The notes beneath the pieces are model-generated. The model did not search any database and was not told the DNA's origin. It worked only from the letters and a program-made list of their open reading frames with translations. A DNA stretch of 63,055 bases, counting the filler, from Limisphaerales bacterium (lineage in GTDB: Bacteria > Verrucomicrobiota > Verrucomicrobiia > Limisphaerales > SIBE01): NCBI GenBank assembly GCA_044225505.1. It is 10 parts of 10 records of this genome, joined end to end, with 100 filler letters (N's around TTAATTAATTAA, not from the genome) between each part and the next. Parts side by side here need not be neighbours in the genome. Positions count along the whole stretch, not along the records: positions 6,963 to 13,380 come from JBGAIN010000284.1; positions 13,481 to 19,893 come from JBGAIN010000285.1; 8 more parts are not named here. The stretch is one strand, 5' to 3'. Position numbers and translations under genes: made by a program. This document shows positions 9,905 through 19,993 of this stretch, in pieces (the first letter of the stretch is position 1; each line of letters starts with the position of its first letter).

Positions 9905-10621
9905 TCAGGCAATCGCGGCGAGCAGGTCGCGAATTTCCTGGTCCACATCCTCGGGTGACGACAATGTTTGGGCCACTTGCGAACGCAAGCGCGCCCGAAA
10001 AAACTTTCGCAGGCGAAACAGAGCCTGTTTAAAAGCATTTTCGGTCATCCCGAGCTTTTCCGCAGCCTGCTTATAGTTGCAATCGTTCTCGTCGCGGAGA
10101 AATGGTTCGAGAACGCGAAATATTTCGTCGCGCCCTTCGTATTCCGTCGCGACTTCCGCGATCACGTTATCGAACATCGTCATGGCCCAGCGTCGCTCGT
10201 AAAGTTTCTCTGGCGTCAGGTGGTCGACCGGTTCGATGGTGTAACTGCCTTCCAGACCCTCCAGTTCGAGGGGAAGAATCTTTTTTCCACCACCGCGCTT
10301 CAGGGCGGATTCGCGTTCGCGGACGTTCGAAGCGTAATTCTTATAACAGGCGAGCAGAAACGAGCGGAACTTGCCGTTTTCCGGCGCGAGGTTCTTTAGA
10401 AAATCGCGCGACAACCATTCACCGAAAAATCCCTGCACCAGATCTTCGGCGTCCTCTTTGGAATGCCCGCTACGCCGAATGTAGGCATAAAGCGGAAGCC
10501 AATAACGTTTCAGGAGTGTTTCGAGGGCTTCCGGGGAATCACGGCGCGCGGCGTAAATAAGAGTCCAGCGGGTCGCGCTGAACGCAGCATGTGCGTCCAA
10601 CCGCTCGTCGTGATCGGGCAT
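9905..10621 (-). CDS. ECF RNA polymerase sigma factor (PVC type)
   Basis: FSATRWTLI, YWLPLYAYIRRSG..DAEDLVQGFF, GKFRSFL, C-terminal HTH YKQAAEKLGMTENAFKQALFRLR. Confidence 0.88.
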   Translation of the reverse strand: MPDHDERLDAHAAFSATRWTLIYAARRDSPEALETLLKRYWLPLYAYIRRSGHSKEDAEDLVQGFFGEWLSRDFLKNLAPENGKFRSFLLACYKNYASNVRERESALKRGGGKKILPLELEGLEGSYTIEPVDHLTPEKLYERRWAMTMFDNVIAEVATEYEGRDEIFRVLEPFLRDENDCNYKQAAEKLGMTENAFKQALFRLRKFFRARLRSQVAQTLSSPEDVDQEIRDLLAAIA

Positions 10622-10699
10622 GCGCAAATACTATCTTTGTTCGATGGCGGGGGCGAGGGGATAAGCCTGCTACCGAAAAGAAGAGATCTGGAAATCAGG

Positions 10700-12754
10700 G
10701 TGCGCCAAGAGAAGGACGCAAACTTTGAGGGTGGAAGTCCCTCGTGATCAAGGCGGGGAGGACCCGCTGCGATGTTCAGAACGAAAGAACTGAATGCAAA
10801 GACCTAACCAGTCAGCCGATACCGAGTGTTGCTCCGGGGAAGGACAGGAGGATGCGTCGCTGGAAGGCGCGTCGAGCCGAACAACTACGGAGAAGCGTAC
10901 ACAGGGAACCTGGCGGGCCGCAAGCGGGAGTCGCACCTCGCTAAAGCAATCCAGCGCCGATACCCAGTTAAACGCAGACGGGGAGGATGTCTTGATCTCC
11001 GTACCCGAAATCGAAGGAGCCGCATTTGGTAAGGTTCCGGAGGGTCTGCCGGCGTCTCAGAGCGTGGCAAGGCAGGAGAAAGTTTGCGGAAACTTGGGAG
11101 GCCCTTCGGCTTCCGGACGTTCTAACTGCGAGAACCAATCCGGTAGGGAAGCTCAACGACAAGAAGAGCCAGCGACGAGCGCGGAGGGAATCAGATCGGT
11201 CCATAGTAGCTCGAGGCAACCCCGAGTGATCGGGGCGGACTCGAGTGAAGGAACCGACACGAAAACGGAGCCAGCAAAGGAAACCAGTACCGTAAGAACG
11301 ACGGATCAAGACTGGCGAACCTCCCTGCGGGCCATAGCGAAGAAGGCAGTTCAGGATAAGAAGCACCGCTTCGGCGGGTTATATCGGATGCTGAACTATC
11401 AAGCTCTGGAGACGTGTTTCTACCAATTGCGGAAGGACGCGGCTTGCGGGGTCGATGGAGTGACTTTTCGTCAGTACGAGGAGGCACTGGAGTCGAACCT
11501 CAAGAGTTTGGTGGAACGGTTGAAGAACAAGGGGTACCACGCCAAGATGGTGCGCCGACAGTACATCCCAAAGGATAATGGGAAGATGAGGCCGCTGGGG
11601 ATTCCGGCGCTGGAGGATAAGCTGGTGCAGCTTGCTGTAGCGGAAATCCTGCTGGCGATTTATGAAGCGGACTTTCTGCCGTGCAGTTATGGCTACCGCC
11701 CCAATCGCGGGGCCAAAGGGGCGGTGCGCGAGCTAACCGACGCGCTGCATCAGGGACGGTATGAGTTCGTCGTGGAAGCGGACATCAAAGGGTTCTTTGA
11801 TCACATCGAGCATGATTGGATGCTCCAGATGCTGGGACAAAGAATATCCGACGGGGCGATGCTGGGGTTGATCAGAAAGTGGCTCAAGGCCGGGATTCTG
11901 GAACCTGATGGGCAGGTGTTGAAGCCGGAAAGCGGCACGCCGCAAGGCGGAATCGTTTCACCGGTGCTGGCTAATGTGTATCTGCATTATGTGCTGGACC
12001 TGTGGTTCGAGCACAAGGTGCGCAAAGCCAATCGAGGCTCAAGCAAGTTGTTCCGTTATGCGGACGACTTTGTGGCCTGCTTCGATTATCGACATGAAGC
12101 AGCGGAGTTCGAGAAAGCCCTGGCGGAACGGTTGAAGAAGTTTGGATTGGAACTAGCGGCGGACAAGACCAAGACGCTGCGCTTTGGCAGAAGCGGAGGG
12201 AGAGGCAACGGCCGGTTTGATTTCCTGGGGTTTGAGTTCCGATGGGAAAAGGGAATGAAGGGCTGGCTGGTGATCAAACGCCGCACCTCCACCAAGAAGC
12301 TCAGGTCCGCCTTGGCTCGATTGAGCGAATGGATCAAAACCAATCGGTCGCTCAAGGTGTCCGCGATCATGGGCACGCTCCGACGCAAATTCCAAGGGCA
12401 TTGGAATTATTATGGAGTGATCGGGAACTCCAAAAGCCTGAGCACGTACCATTACCGTGCCTGCCGGACTGTGTTTAAGTGGTTAAACCGGCGAAGCCAG
12501 ACTACGAGTTACACTTGGGAGGCATTCAACAAACTGTTGCAGCGATTTGCCGTGCCACCTCCGCGGATCACGGAGAGGCGCACAGGTCGCCCTGAAGGGC
12601 CTTGTCAGACAGGAAGCATGGGATGGCAAATGCTTCTTTGGCTGACCCGTGCCGATGAGAGCTACTGGAAGTTTTCGTGAAGAGCCCGGTGCGGGAAAAC
12701 TGCACGCCGGGATCTGTGAGGGGGGCGCGGAGCAATCCGCGTCCCTACCTCGAT
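10700..12754 (+). mobile_element. Complete group II intron (RT/maturase, no endonuclease domain)
   Basis: 5' GTGCG at 10700; domain V GAGCCCGGTGCGGGAAAACTGCACGCCGGGATC (~12682-12714); domain VI hairpin with bulged A at 12747; ends ..CTCGAT at 12754. EBS1 CTTGAT (10991-96) and EBS2 TCCAG (10950-54) complement exon ATCAGG and CTGGA. Confidence 0.92.
11226..12680 (+). CDS. ltrA: Group II intron reverse transcriptase/maturase (start uncertain)
   Basis: AACGVDG, RPLGIPALEDK, SYGYRP, ADIKGFFD, GTPQGGIVSPVLANVYLH, RYADDF, FDFLGF, X-domain GHWNYYG. No HNH tail. Confidence 0.93.
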   Translation: MIGADSSEGTDTKTEPAKETSTVRTTDQDWRTSLRAIAKKAVQDKKHRFGGLYRMLNYQALETCFYQLRKDAACGVDGVTFRQYEEALESNLKSLVERLKNKGYHAKMVRRQYIPKDNGKMRPLGIPALEDKLVQLAVAEILLAIYEADFLPCSYGYRPNRGAKGAVRELTDALHQGRYEFVVEADIKGFFDHIEHDWMLQMLGQRISDGAMLGLIRKWLKAGILEPDGQVLKPESGTPQGGIVSPVLANVYLHYVLDLWFEHKVRKANRGSSKLFRYADDFVACFDYRHEAAEFEKALAERLKKFGLELAADKTKTLRFGRSGGRGNGRFDFLGFEFRWEKGMKGWLVIKRRTSTKKLRSALARLSEWIKTNRSLKVSAIMGTLRRKFQGHWNYYGVIGNSKSLSTYHYRACRTVFKWLNRRSQTTSYTWEAFNKLLQRFAVPPPRITERRTGRPEGPCQTGSMGWQMLLWLTRADESYWKFS

Positions 12755-12875
12755 AAATCAGGAGTTGAATCGGGAGGCGGTGAAAACGCAGGCTAAAGCG
12801 CTGCGTTTACGGGCTGCACCCATAGGTCCCCGGAATGAACGATGGGCGATAGCCTGCGATTGGGAAGATTTTTTC

Positions 12876-12899
12876 ACGCGAAGACGCGAAGGCGCGAAG
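12876..12899. repeat. Octamer tandem repeat (RCGCGAAG)x3
   Basis: ACGCGAAG-ACGCGAAG-GCGCGAAG in intergenic DNA. Confidence 0.6.
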
Positions 12900-12979
12900 A
12901 GGCTGAAACGAGAAGGGCTGGAGCGCGCCAGGAATACTTTCGGCGTGCTTGGAAGGCTCGGGCGGGACGCCCTCGCCGG

Positions 12980-13001
12980 GCAGGCGAGACGCCTGCGCTA
13001 C
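12980..13001 (-). repeat. GTAG-type REP palindrome
   Basis: Minus strand GTAG-C-GCAGGCG-TCT-CGCCTGC just downstream of the flagellin stop. Confidence 0.65.
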
Positions 13002-13018
13002 ACATTTTCACTGATCGC

Positions 13019-13380
13019 TTACTGCTGGAGGAGACGGAGGACGCTTTGGGGCATGAGGTTGGCCTGGGCGAGCATCGCTGTTCCGGATTGGACGAGAATA
13101 TTCTGCTTGGCGTATTCGGTCGATTCCTGGGCCATGTCGACGTCTTTAATGCGCGAACTGGCTGCGATGAGGTTTTCGCGATTGACGGTCAGTTGTTCGG
13201 AAGTGTGCGTCAACCGGGCCTGATAGGCGCCGATAGTCGCGCGATCCTGGGAAAGTTTCGTGATGGCTGCGTTGAGATTGGTCAATGCGGTCTGGGAATT
13301 GGCCACCGTATCAATGGTCGAGCCGAGAGCGGTGGAGTATTCCGTAGCCGTCAGGTCGATACCGTTCATGGAGAAGGTCG
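13019..13380 (-). CDS. fliC: Flagellin, C-terminal part
   Basis: RATIGAYQARL..ENLIAASSRIKDVDMAQESTEYAKQNILVQSGTAMLAQAN..PQSVLRLL; 5' end truncated by the contig end. Confidence 0.95.
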
Positions 13381-13480
13381 NNNNNNNNNNNNNNNNNNNN
13401 NNNNNNNNNNNNNNNNNNNNNNNNTTAATTAATTAANNNNNNNNNNNNNNNNNNNNNNNNNNNNNNNNNNNNNNNNNNNN
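13381..13480. other. Artificial contig spacer
   Basis: N44-TTAATTAATTAA-N44. Confidence 0.99.
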
Positions 13481-13528
13481 GCCGCGGACAAGGAACATAT
13501 ATTGATTGATGGGTGTCGTCTTCATCAT
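13481..13528 (-). CDS. Probable YciI/DGPF-family protein, N-terminal fragment
   Basis: Manual translation MMKTTPINQYMFLVRG; the QYM.L.RG start is typical of YciI-like proteins, which often follow DUF899 genes. Confidence 0.4.
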
Positions 13529-13532
13529 GGCA

Positions 13533-13859
13533 TTATCTTAATGGTGTGGACGGAATGCCGCTTACCTGATTCCTACGACCCCAATTTACCAGGCGCCAGG
13601 TCGCACACAATATCAAGGCGCTGACGCAGAGAAGCGTGAGTGCGCTCCGAAGGGTTTGAGCCGAGGCGTGGGAAATCGTTAACCCGGTGCCCAGCGCCAC
13701 GTAAGCCGCGAGGCACATGGGGCACTTGGGCAGCAGGGCCAGGAGCGTGCTTGGAAGGCCCAAGCAAATCACCTGTTTGATAAGTCCCGTCCAGGATCGT
13801 CGCGGACGCACGGATTGGCCTGAGAGTCGACGGTTTGGGCAGCAGCAAGGTGAGTTCAA
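13533..13859 (-). CDS. Small Cys-rich membrane protein (LLPKCPMC motif)
   Basis: TTG start overlapping the DUF899 stop (TTGA); [17 protein letters not shown], 2-3 TM segments. Confidence 0.7.
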   Translation of the reverse strand: MNSPCCCPNRRLSGQSVRPRRSWTGLIKQVICLGLPSTLLALLPKCPMCLAAYVALGTGLTISHASAQTLRSALTLLCVSALILCATWRLVNWGRRNQVSGIPSTPLR

Positions 13860-14614
13860 GAGTTTTCCTTCGTCGCGTGGCAGCAGGACTTTTTCGTATT
13901 TCGATCGTAGCGATCGTGATGCCGCACCCACTCCATGGTGTGCTCGAGATGATCTTCGTTGCGACCGCTGGGTGTCAGATCGAGGATTCGATACGTTCCC
14001 ATCATCACCTCCACCCCACGTCCGTAAACGGAGTAGGTGTGAAAGATCGAACCATCGGCTGCTTTGTGGAAGACGCTGATGCCCGGGGCCTCGGTGCTGC
14101 CGAATGGCTGCAGGGTATAGTTGTAATCGACCTTGCCGCTGGCGACCTCGGCCTCAGTGAACGACACATGGAAATCATGGTTGAATTCGCTGCCATAAGA
14201 GGAGACCCACTCGAAGTGCCATCCCATGCGGGTCTGGAACGCTTCGATCTCAGCCAGCGGTGCGCGTGAGACGGCAATCATTGCCACGTCGCGGGCCGCC
14301 AGATGGGGAAGCATGCCATCGGTATGGTCGGCCATGAACGAGCAGCTTGGGCAGCCTTCCTCCCAGCCAGGTCCCAGCATGAAATGTTGGATGACCAATT
14401 GCCCGCGTCCGGCGAAGAGGTCTGAAATGGAAACACGGCCCTTCTTGCTCTCGAACTCGTAGTCCTTTTCGAGTTTTACCCAGGGGAGCGCGCGGCGCTT
14501 GGCGCTGAGTGCATCCATTTGGCGAGTGAGCCGTTTTTCTTCTGTAAGTAGCTCCTTGCGAGCCGCGAGCCACTCGGAAGGAGTGACGATGGTGTGACTT
14601 GGTTTCTTGTTCAT
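13856..14614 (-). CDS. DUF899 thioredoxin-like protein
   Basis: [47 protein letters not shown]. Confidence 0.92.
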   Translation of the reverse strand: MNKKPSHTIVTPSEWLAARKELLTEEKRLTRQMDALSAKRRALPWVKLEKDYEFESKKGRVSISDLFAGRGQLVIQHFMLGPGWEEGCPSCSFMADHTDGMLPHLAARDVAMIAVSRAPLAEIEAFQTRMGWHFEWVSSYGSEFNHDFHVSFTEAEVASGKVDYNYTLQPFGSTEAPGISVFHKAADGSIFHTYSVYGRGVEVMMGTYRILDLTPSGRNEDHLEHTMEWVRHHDRYDRNTKKSCCHATKENS

Positions 14615-15004
14615 TAATGTGTCGATTTGTTGTGACTCTTGTCCGTTTTTACGGTCAGCCGCCGCGACCGTGCAATGAGACGACAAACGAAGCGCGGTCG
14701 TGAGGACACCGAAGGACAGGTTTCTCAAAAAAAGTTCGCAGTCCTTGAGATTCCTCGGGAATGCCTGCGCGCGCTCGGCAAGTGCCTGATCCCCAATGAG
14801 GTTCTAGGGTGGAGGAATGTCCTGGACCGGGCGCAGGATGGGCTTCTGGCGCGTTTTTCGGCGGATGAAAGAAGCGGGCAGGGCGGAGGCGGTAGCTTGA
14901 TCGAAGTCAAAATCTGCCCGAATTCCGAATTATCCAAAATCCTGAAATGCCGATGTCCAAGGCAAAGATCCAATCTTTGCGGATTTGTATTGGTCTCCAT
15001 ACAC

Positions 15005-16924
15005 ATGAGAACGCTGCGAACGCTGCCGTTGACGACTAAATTGATCTTGCTGCTGATCATGCCCTTGTCGGGTTTGATCTGGTTTGGCGCTTTCGGGGCG
15101 TGGGAGAAATGGCGGGTGGAGCGAGACTACAAGGTGCTCAATGGCAACGCCGCCGTGCTGCAGCAGATCGGTCGGCTGGTGCACGAGTTGCAGAAGGAGC
15201 GTGGTCGCTCTGCCGGCTTCATCAATAGTAAGGGAGCGACTTTCGTCCAGGAGTTACCTCTCCAACACCGGAGCTCGGATGGCGAGTTGGTTCGCTTGCG
15301 TGATTTGCTTCGGACATTCAACGCGGCGTCATTCGGGCCGGATTTCGCTGCCAGGCTCAAAACTGCCTGTGAAAGCCTTGAGCCTCTTGCCGCCAGACGT
15401 CAGTCGGTTTTATCGTGCAGCATCTCCGCCGCGGAATCGACGGCTTACTACAGCTCGACAATTGCCGCCCAACTGGATGTGGTCGTGGCGATGTCTCATT
15501 TGAGCAAAGATGCCGAGATGGGTGACGGCATCTCGTGCTACGTCAATTTTCTTCAAGCGAAGGAACACGCCGGCATCGAGCGCGCGTTGCTGACGAGTGT
15601 GTTCGCGCTCGATCGCTTCTCTGGAGACACTTTCATACGCTTTGCCAAGGTGCTCGCGGCACAAGAGACTTTCCTTCGGGTTTTTGAAAGCTTTGCCTCC
15701 GCCGAACAGAAGAAGTATTACGCGGAAGTTGTTCGCGGTCCGCAATTGGAGACGGTCGCAAAGCTGCGTCAACTTGCTTTCGATCATGCGTCCGAAGGTC
15801 GGTTTGGCGTTGCGGCGAAGGTCTGGTTCGATGCCATGACGGCCAAGATTGATCTCATGAAACTCGTTGAAGATCGTTTGGCGGTTGATTACACGGTCAA
15901 AGCTCGGCGAATCGAGGCCAGCGCTGCGAGAGCCTTTCGCCTTTTCAGCGGGATGACCTTGGCCATCGTGGTGGGGACCGCTCTTCTCGGCTACGTGGTC
16001 ATTCGATCCATTTCTCAATCTATCCAAGGCGTCAGTGAGGATCTCACCACCAGTAGCGAGCAAACTCTTGAAGCAGCCTCCCAGGTTTCGGCCGCCAGTC
16101 AATCCATTGCGGACGGCGCGAGCTCTCAGGCGGCCTCTTTGGAAGAAACCAGCGCCTCACTGGAGGAGATCACCAGTATGATCCGACTCAATGCCGATCA
16201 TGCAGGCAAAGCCGGGCAGCTGGCGCTGCAGGCATCTCAAGCTGCGGACACGGGCGAGGCCGAGATGGGAGCCATGAGCGCTGCGGTGGAAGCGATTCAG
16301 ACGTCCAGTAAGGACGTAGCGAAGATCATCCGAACGATCGAGGAAGTCGCGTTTCAAACCAATATCCTCGCCCTGAACGCCGCCGTCGAAGCGGCACGCG
16401 CTGGCGAGGCGGGCACTGGGTTTGCCGTCGTTGCCGATGAAGTGCGCAACTTGGCGCATCGCAGTGCCACCGCGGCGAAGGAAACTGCCGAGAAGATCGA
16501 AAACGCGATCCGGCGCACCAGCCAGGGCGCGGAGATAAGCGGCAGAGTGGCGTCGGCCTTTCATACTGTGACCGCTAAGGTTCGAGAATTGAACGAACTT
16601 GTGGCGCAAGTCGCAACGGCGTCCAAGGAGCAGTGCCAGGGGGTGAGCCAGGTGAATACGGCCGTCGCCCAGGTGGACAGAGTGACCCAGGCCAACGCCG
16701 CAGCGTCGGAAGAGTGTGCTAGCGCCGCAACGCAGCTCTCGGCCCAGGCGCAAACTCAGCAGCAACGGGTGCGAGATCTCATTGCGCTCTTTGGTGGGGG
16801 CGATCGACAAAATCTCGTTGCCGGGAAATCGCGGATCCCTCAGGCGGATCTGTTCGGCGCAGTGGGCGCCACAACTCGCCATTCCGTCATGCCCTCAGAA
16901 TCCTCAGCACGTGTAGCGGGCTGA
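15005..16924 (+). CDS. Methyl-accepting chemotaxis protein with periplasmic nitrate/nitrite-sensing (NIT) domain
   Basis: TM1, [13 protein letters not shown] and KEHAGIERA (NIT), TM2, [37 protein letters not shown]. Confidence 0.9.
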   Translation: MRTLRTLPLTTKLILLLIMPLSGLIWFGAFGAWEKWRVERDYKVLNGNAAVLQQIGRLVHELQKERGRSAGFINSKGATFVQELPLQHRSSDGELVRLRDLLRTFNAASFGPDFAARLKTACESLEPLAARRQSVLSCSISAAESTAYYSSTIAAQLDVVVAMSHLSKDAEMGDGISCYVNFLQAKEHAGIERALLTSVFALDRFSGDTFIRFAKVLAAQETFLRVFESFASAEQKKYYAEVVRGPQLETVAKLRQLAFDHASEGRFGVAAKVWFDAMTAKIDLMKLVEDRLAVDYTVKARRIEASAARAFRLFSGMTLAIVVGTALLGYVVIRSISQSIQGVSEDLTTSSEQTLEAASQVSAASQSIADGASSQAASLEETSASLEEITSMIRLNADHAGKAGQLALQASQAADTGEAEMGAMSAAVEAIQTSSKDVAKIIRTIEEVAFQTNILALNAAVEAARAGEAGTGFAVVADEVRNLAHRSATAAKETAEKIENAIRRTSQGAEISGRVASAFHTVTAKVRELNELVAQVATASKEQCQGVSQVNTAVAQVDRVTQANAAASEECASAATQLSAQAQTQQQRVRDLIALFGGGDRQNLVAGKSRIPQADLFGAVGATTRHSVMPSESSARVAG

Positions 16925-17047
16925 GGTTTATCCATGCGTCTTGGTTTGCAGGCAGACGACTAAGCCCCTTGACGTGAGCCTGTCGTTTGATCCCAGGCCG
17001 GTGACTCCCAAGGACTGGCACGTGTTGCCTCAAGCGTTCATCTTAGT

Positions 17048-18511
17048 TCACGGCGACACGGAGCGATAGAAACGATATGGATACGTTCCAGCTTGTGGGT
17101 CCCTGATCTGCAGTGAGAGGTCAGTGCGAGTATAGTCCAGCAGCGGAATCCAGCTAATCAAGTCGGCGGAGGTCTCTAGCTTTTGCGTCAATGGGCCGCT
17201 CGTCCGTTGGCTTAGCCGAAACTCACCGGATTGCAACGTCCCTTCGAATTGCGGACCGGGGATCAAGTAGTTTTGAAGGAGGTGTTGAGCGATCTGGACT
17301 CCCATAGCGGCGGCGTTGAGGTTAGCCGTGCGGAAATGGGCCCCAGCGTAGACGCGGGCATTCACCACCTCGGCGGTGAAATCGGAGAAGCGGCTGAAAC
17401 TGTGCGGCTTTCCGGGAACCACGGATGAGGTTGTCGTAAAAGTGAATTCATCGCCCAACACGCCCGCGAGGACCGCGGCGCCCGCGCCAATGACGGCGGA
17501 GTGGCCCGAGGGATATTCGGGATGAGGAGGAGTCGGGAGAAGGGGTTCCCAGCCGGCGTCCGGGTCAGTATCCGGGTTGTTATCGTTCGCCGCGCCGCGA
17601 ATAGCTGTGATCGGCCGCCAGTAGCCGTAGGTGTATTTCGCTTCCCAACACGCGATGGCTGCATCTGCGGCGGCGCAATACATTAGAGCGAACAGTCGGG
17701 CTGTATCGCTGAGAGAGAGCGGGCGGCGATTGACGGCGTCACGCGCGGCATTTCCAAGCGTGAACGCATGGACGTCGTCATGGAATCGGGCGATCTCAGT
17801 TTGAAGGGCCGTGCGCGCGGTGCTGCCAGCTTTACCGATGAGCTTGACTTCGTTGAGATCGGCAGCGTATTGCGCGTTGGTGAGCGCGAGCGGCGCCACG
17901 GGACGGAACTGCGATGGGCTGCGCAGCGTCCAGGTAGCGACACAGCGCCAATGCGGTTGAAATGCGGGCGAAGAATCAGGCGGAGTTGGAACCCATCTGC
18001 CCGGCCCCGCGACGTTCCGGTAAGTCAGAGAGATATTGGAACTATCCCCATCGCGCAGGCGCAGAATACTGTCTCCAATGTTTTGTCCGAGGGCGATGCC
18101 GGCTTGTTTAGCTGACCCTTCCTCGATCGTCTCCAGGGACTTTGTTAGCGCTGAATTGAGCAAACTCGATTGCGCGGGGAATAGTTTGGAGAGAACGCGA
18201 TGAGCGGCTTGTGCGGCTGCGGCTTCCGAAGAAGCGCCCGGCGCCGCGATCGTCACCAGGTATGGAGAGTAGACGCCATGAACAGCATTGACCGCATCAA
18301 ACTGCGCGACATGCACCATGGCGAACACTCGGGTGACCGTGAGCGGCGTCGATGAGGAATCCGAGCCGGTGACGGTGATCGTCGTCTTATTCCAATCGGA
18401 AATGACATCCGCGTGGATGATCGGGTCGGTGGCGGCGAGCATGCCGAACATGACGGCAAACATGAACGGCGTTCTTGGCCAACGATTGGGAGGGGCTGCA
18501 AGGTGGGTCAT
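17048..18511 (-). CDS. Secreted vanadium-dependent haloperoxidase / PAP2-family protein
   Basis: Signal peptide; AKYTYGYWRPITAIR, PPHPEYPSGHS, NARVYAGAHFR active-site motifs. Confidence 0.85.
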   Translation of the reverse strand: MTHLAAPPNRWPRTPFMFAVMFGMLAATDPIIHADVISDWNKTTITVTGSDSSSTPLTVTRVFAMVHVAQFDAVNAVHGVYSPYLVTIAAPGASSEAAAAQAAHRVLSKLFPAQSSLLNSALTKSLETIEEGSAKQAGIALGQNIGDSILRLRDGDSSNISLTYRNVAGPGRWVPTPPDSSPAFQPHWRCVATWTLRSPSQFRPVAPLALTNAQYAADLNEVKLIGKAGSTARTALQTEIARFHDDVHAFTLGNAARDAVNRRPLSLSDTARLFALMYCAAADAAIACWEAKYTYGYWRPITAIRGAANDNNPDTDPDAGWEPLLPTPPHPEYPSGHSAVIGAGAAVLAGVLGDEFTFTTTSSVVPGKPHSFSRFSDFTAEVVNARVYAGAHFRTANLNAAAMGVQIAQHLLQNYLIPGPQFEGTLQSGEFRLSQRTSGPLTQKLETSADLISWIPLLDYTRTDLSLQIRDPQAGTYPYRFYRSVSP

Positions 18512-18596
18512 GGTTTTCCTTACGGGTGATTGCTTTTGTTCGTTCACCTCCTTCAGCGAAAACCGCCGGACCAGGTTGCGAAATTTTTACAGTAAA

Positions 18597-19893
18597 TTAA
18601 GGGACAGAGGTTCGGGCACGCGGTATCTCAGCCTCGGCGGGTGCGTGCCAAAAATAGGTAAAGCCGTCCTGCGCCGCGGCAGCCAGCCAATGGCCATCCG
18701 GTGAAAACGCGAGTGAATTCAAGGCCGCACGCGCAGGAATGGCGGCGACTTCGAGCCACGCTTGGGTGTCCCAAAGACGAATCACCCCGTCCTCGCCCGC
18801 TGTCCCCAACCGGCTCCCATCTGCGGAAAACACCGTGGCGACGGTATTTCCGCTGTGACCATATAAATGACGATGCAATCGTTTTTTTGCCGTATTCCAG
18901 ATAATCACTTGCCCGTCCGCTCCTGAACTAGCCAGCCATTGTCCATCGGGCGAAAAGCCGAGCCCGAAGACGCTGGCCGCGTGGCCCGACAGAGCGCCGA
19001 TCTGTTGGCGCCGAGCAACATCCCAAAGATGGATTGTGCGACCGCTATCCGTATTGAGACAAAATGCGGCCATCCTAGAATCGGGTGCGAGGGTCAGCTT
19101 TCGAACTTCGGAAGTTAATTCGGCCAGAACGACCTCGTTGGCATTCGAGGCGAAACCGAGACGGCGGATGATCCGCGAACCTGAAGCATAAACGATGGAT
19201 CGCCCGTCCGAATCGAAGACAGAGTCGAAAGCGCCTTCATTGCGGCGCAGGATCGGTTCGAGTGAGGGAACCGAGAGTATTTGGAATCCGTTTTGCCAGT
19301 CATCGACAGAAATCAGAGAACTTTCGGGCGAAAAATGGGCCACAGAAGTGAACTCGCCGCCACCCACCGTTCTGTATGCCGCTTCCCGCCATCCGTTCGT
19401 GCCTAGTTTCCAAAGGGTCAAACCGTGTTCGGACGCGATAGAAGGTTGTTGGCCGCGCGCCGGAACGAACTCGACCGTTGCGAGGTGCTTCGAATCTGGG
19501 GAGAAGGCCACAAACAAAGTGGCAAACCCGTGACCGCGAAGTCGCGAGCGGTTCGGGCGCGCCAAGTCCCAGAGGCGCAACGTACCGTCTCGGCTGGACG
19601 ATAGGACAGCCTGACCGTTGTGTGAAAAGGCCAATCCGGTGATGGAATCGACATGACCGAGGAGTGCCCTGGGTTGATCCCGACCGGATGTATCCCAGAG
19701 ACTGATCTCGCCACTGCCGTAGCCTGCGGCGACGTAACGACTGTCCGACGAAAAGGCGAGTTCAAACAGATAGGAAGACCGTGCTGGCCAATCCGGTTCG
19801 TCGCTCCACTGAGGCAATGCGAATCGACGCACGTTATGACCGTTTCCAGCTCCCGCAACCAACCGGTGTCCATCCGGGGAGAATGCGGCTGTC
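18597..19893 (-). CDS. WD40 repeat protein, C-terminal part
   Basis: Repeated GH...FSPDG..LAS...DG...W[D/N] units; N-terminus missing. Confidence 0.9.
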
Positions 19894-19993
19894 NNNNNNN
19901 NNNNNNNNNNNNNNNNNNNNNNNNNNNNNNNNNNNNNTTAATTAATTAANNNNNNNNNNNNNNNNNNNNNNNNNNNNNNNNNNNNNNNNNNNN
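19894..19993. other. Artificial contig spacer
   Basis: N44-TTAATTAATTAA-N44. Confidence 0.99.

Noticed and set aside
10794..12680. Retron, DGR or defence-associated RT
   Set aside because: Canonical GTGCG start, domains V/VI, EBS/IBS pairing and a maturase X domain identify an ordinary group II intron protein.
14900..14960. sigma28 promoter or c-di-GMP riboswitch upstream of the MCP
   Set aside because: GCCGAT is present, but there is no correctly spaced -35 box and no GEMM consensus.
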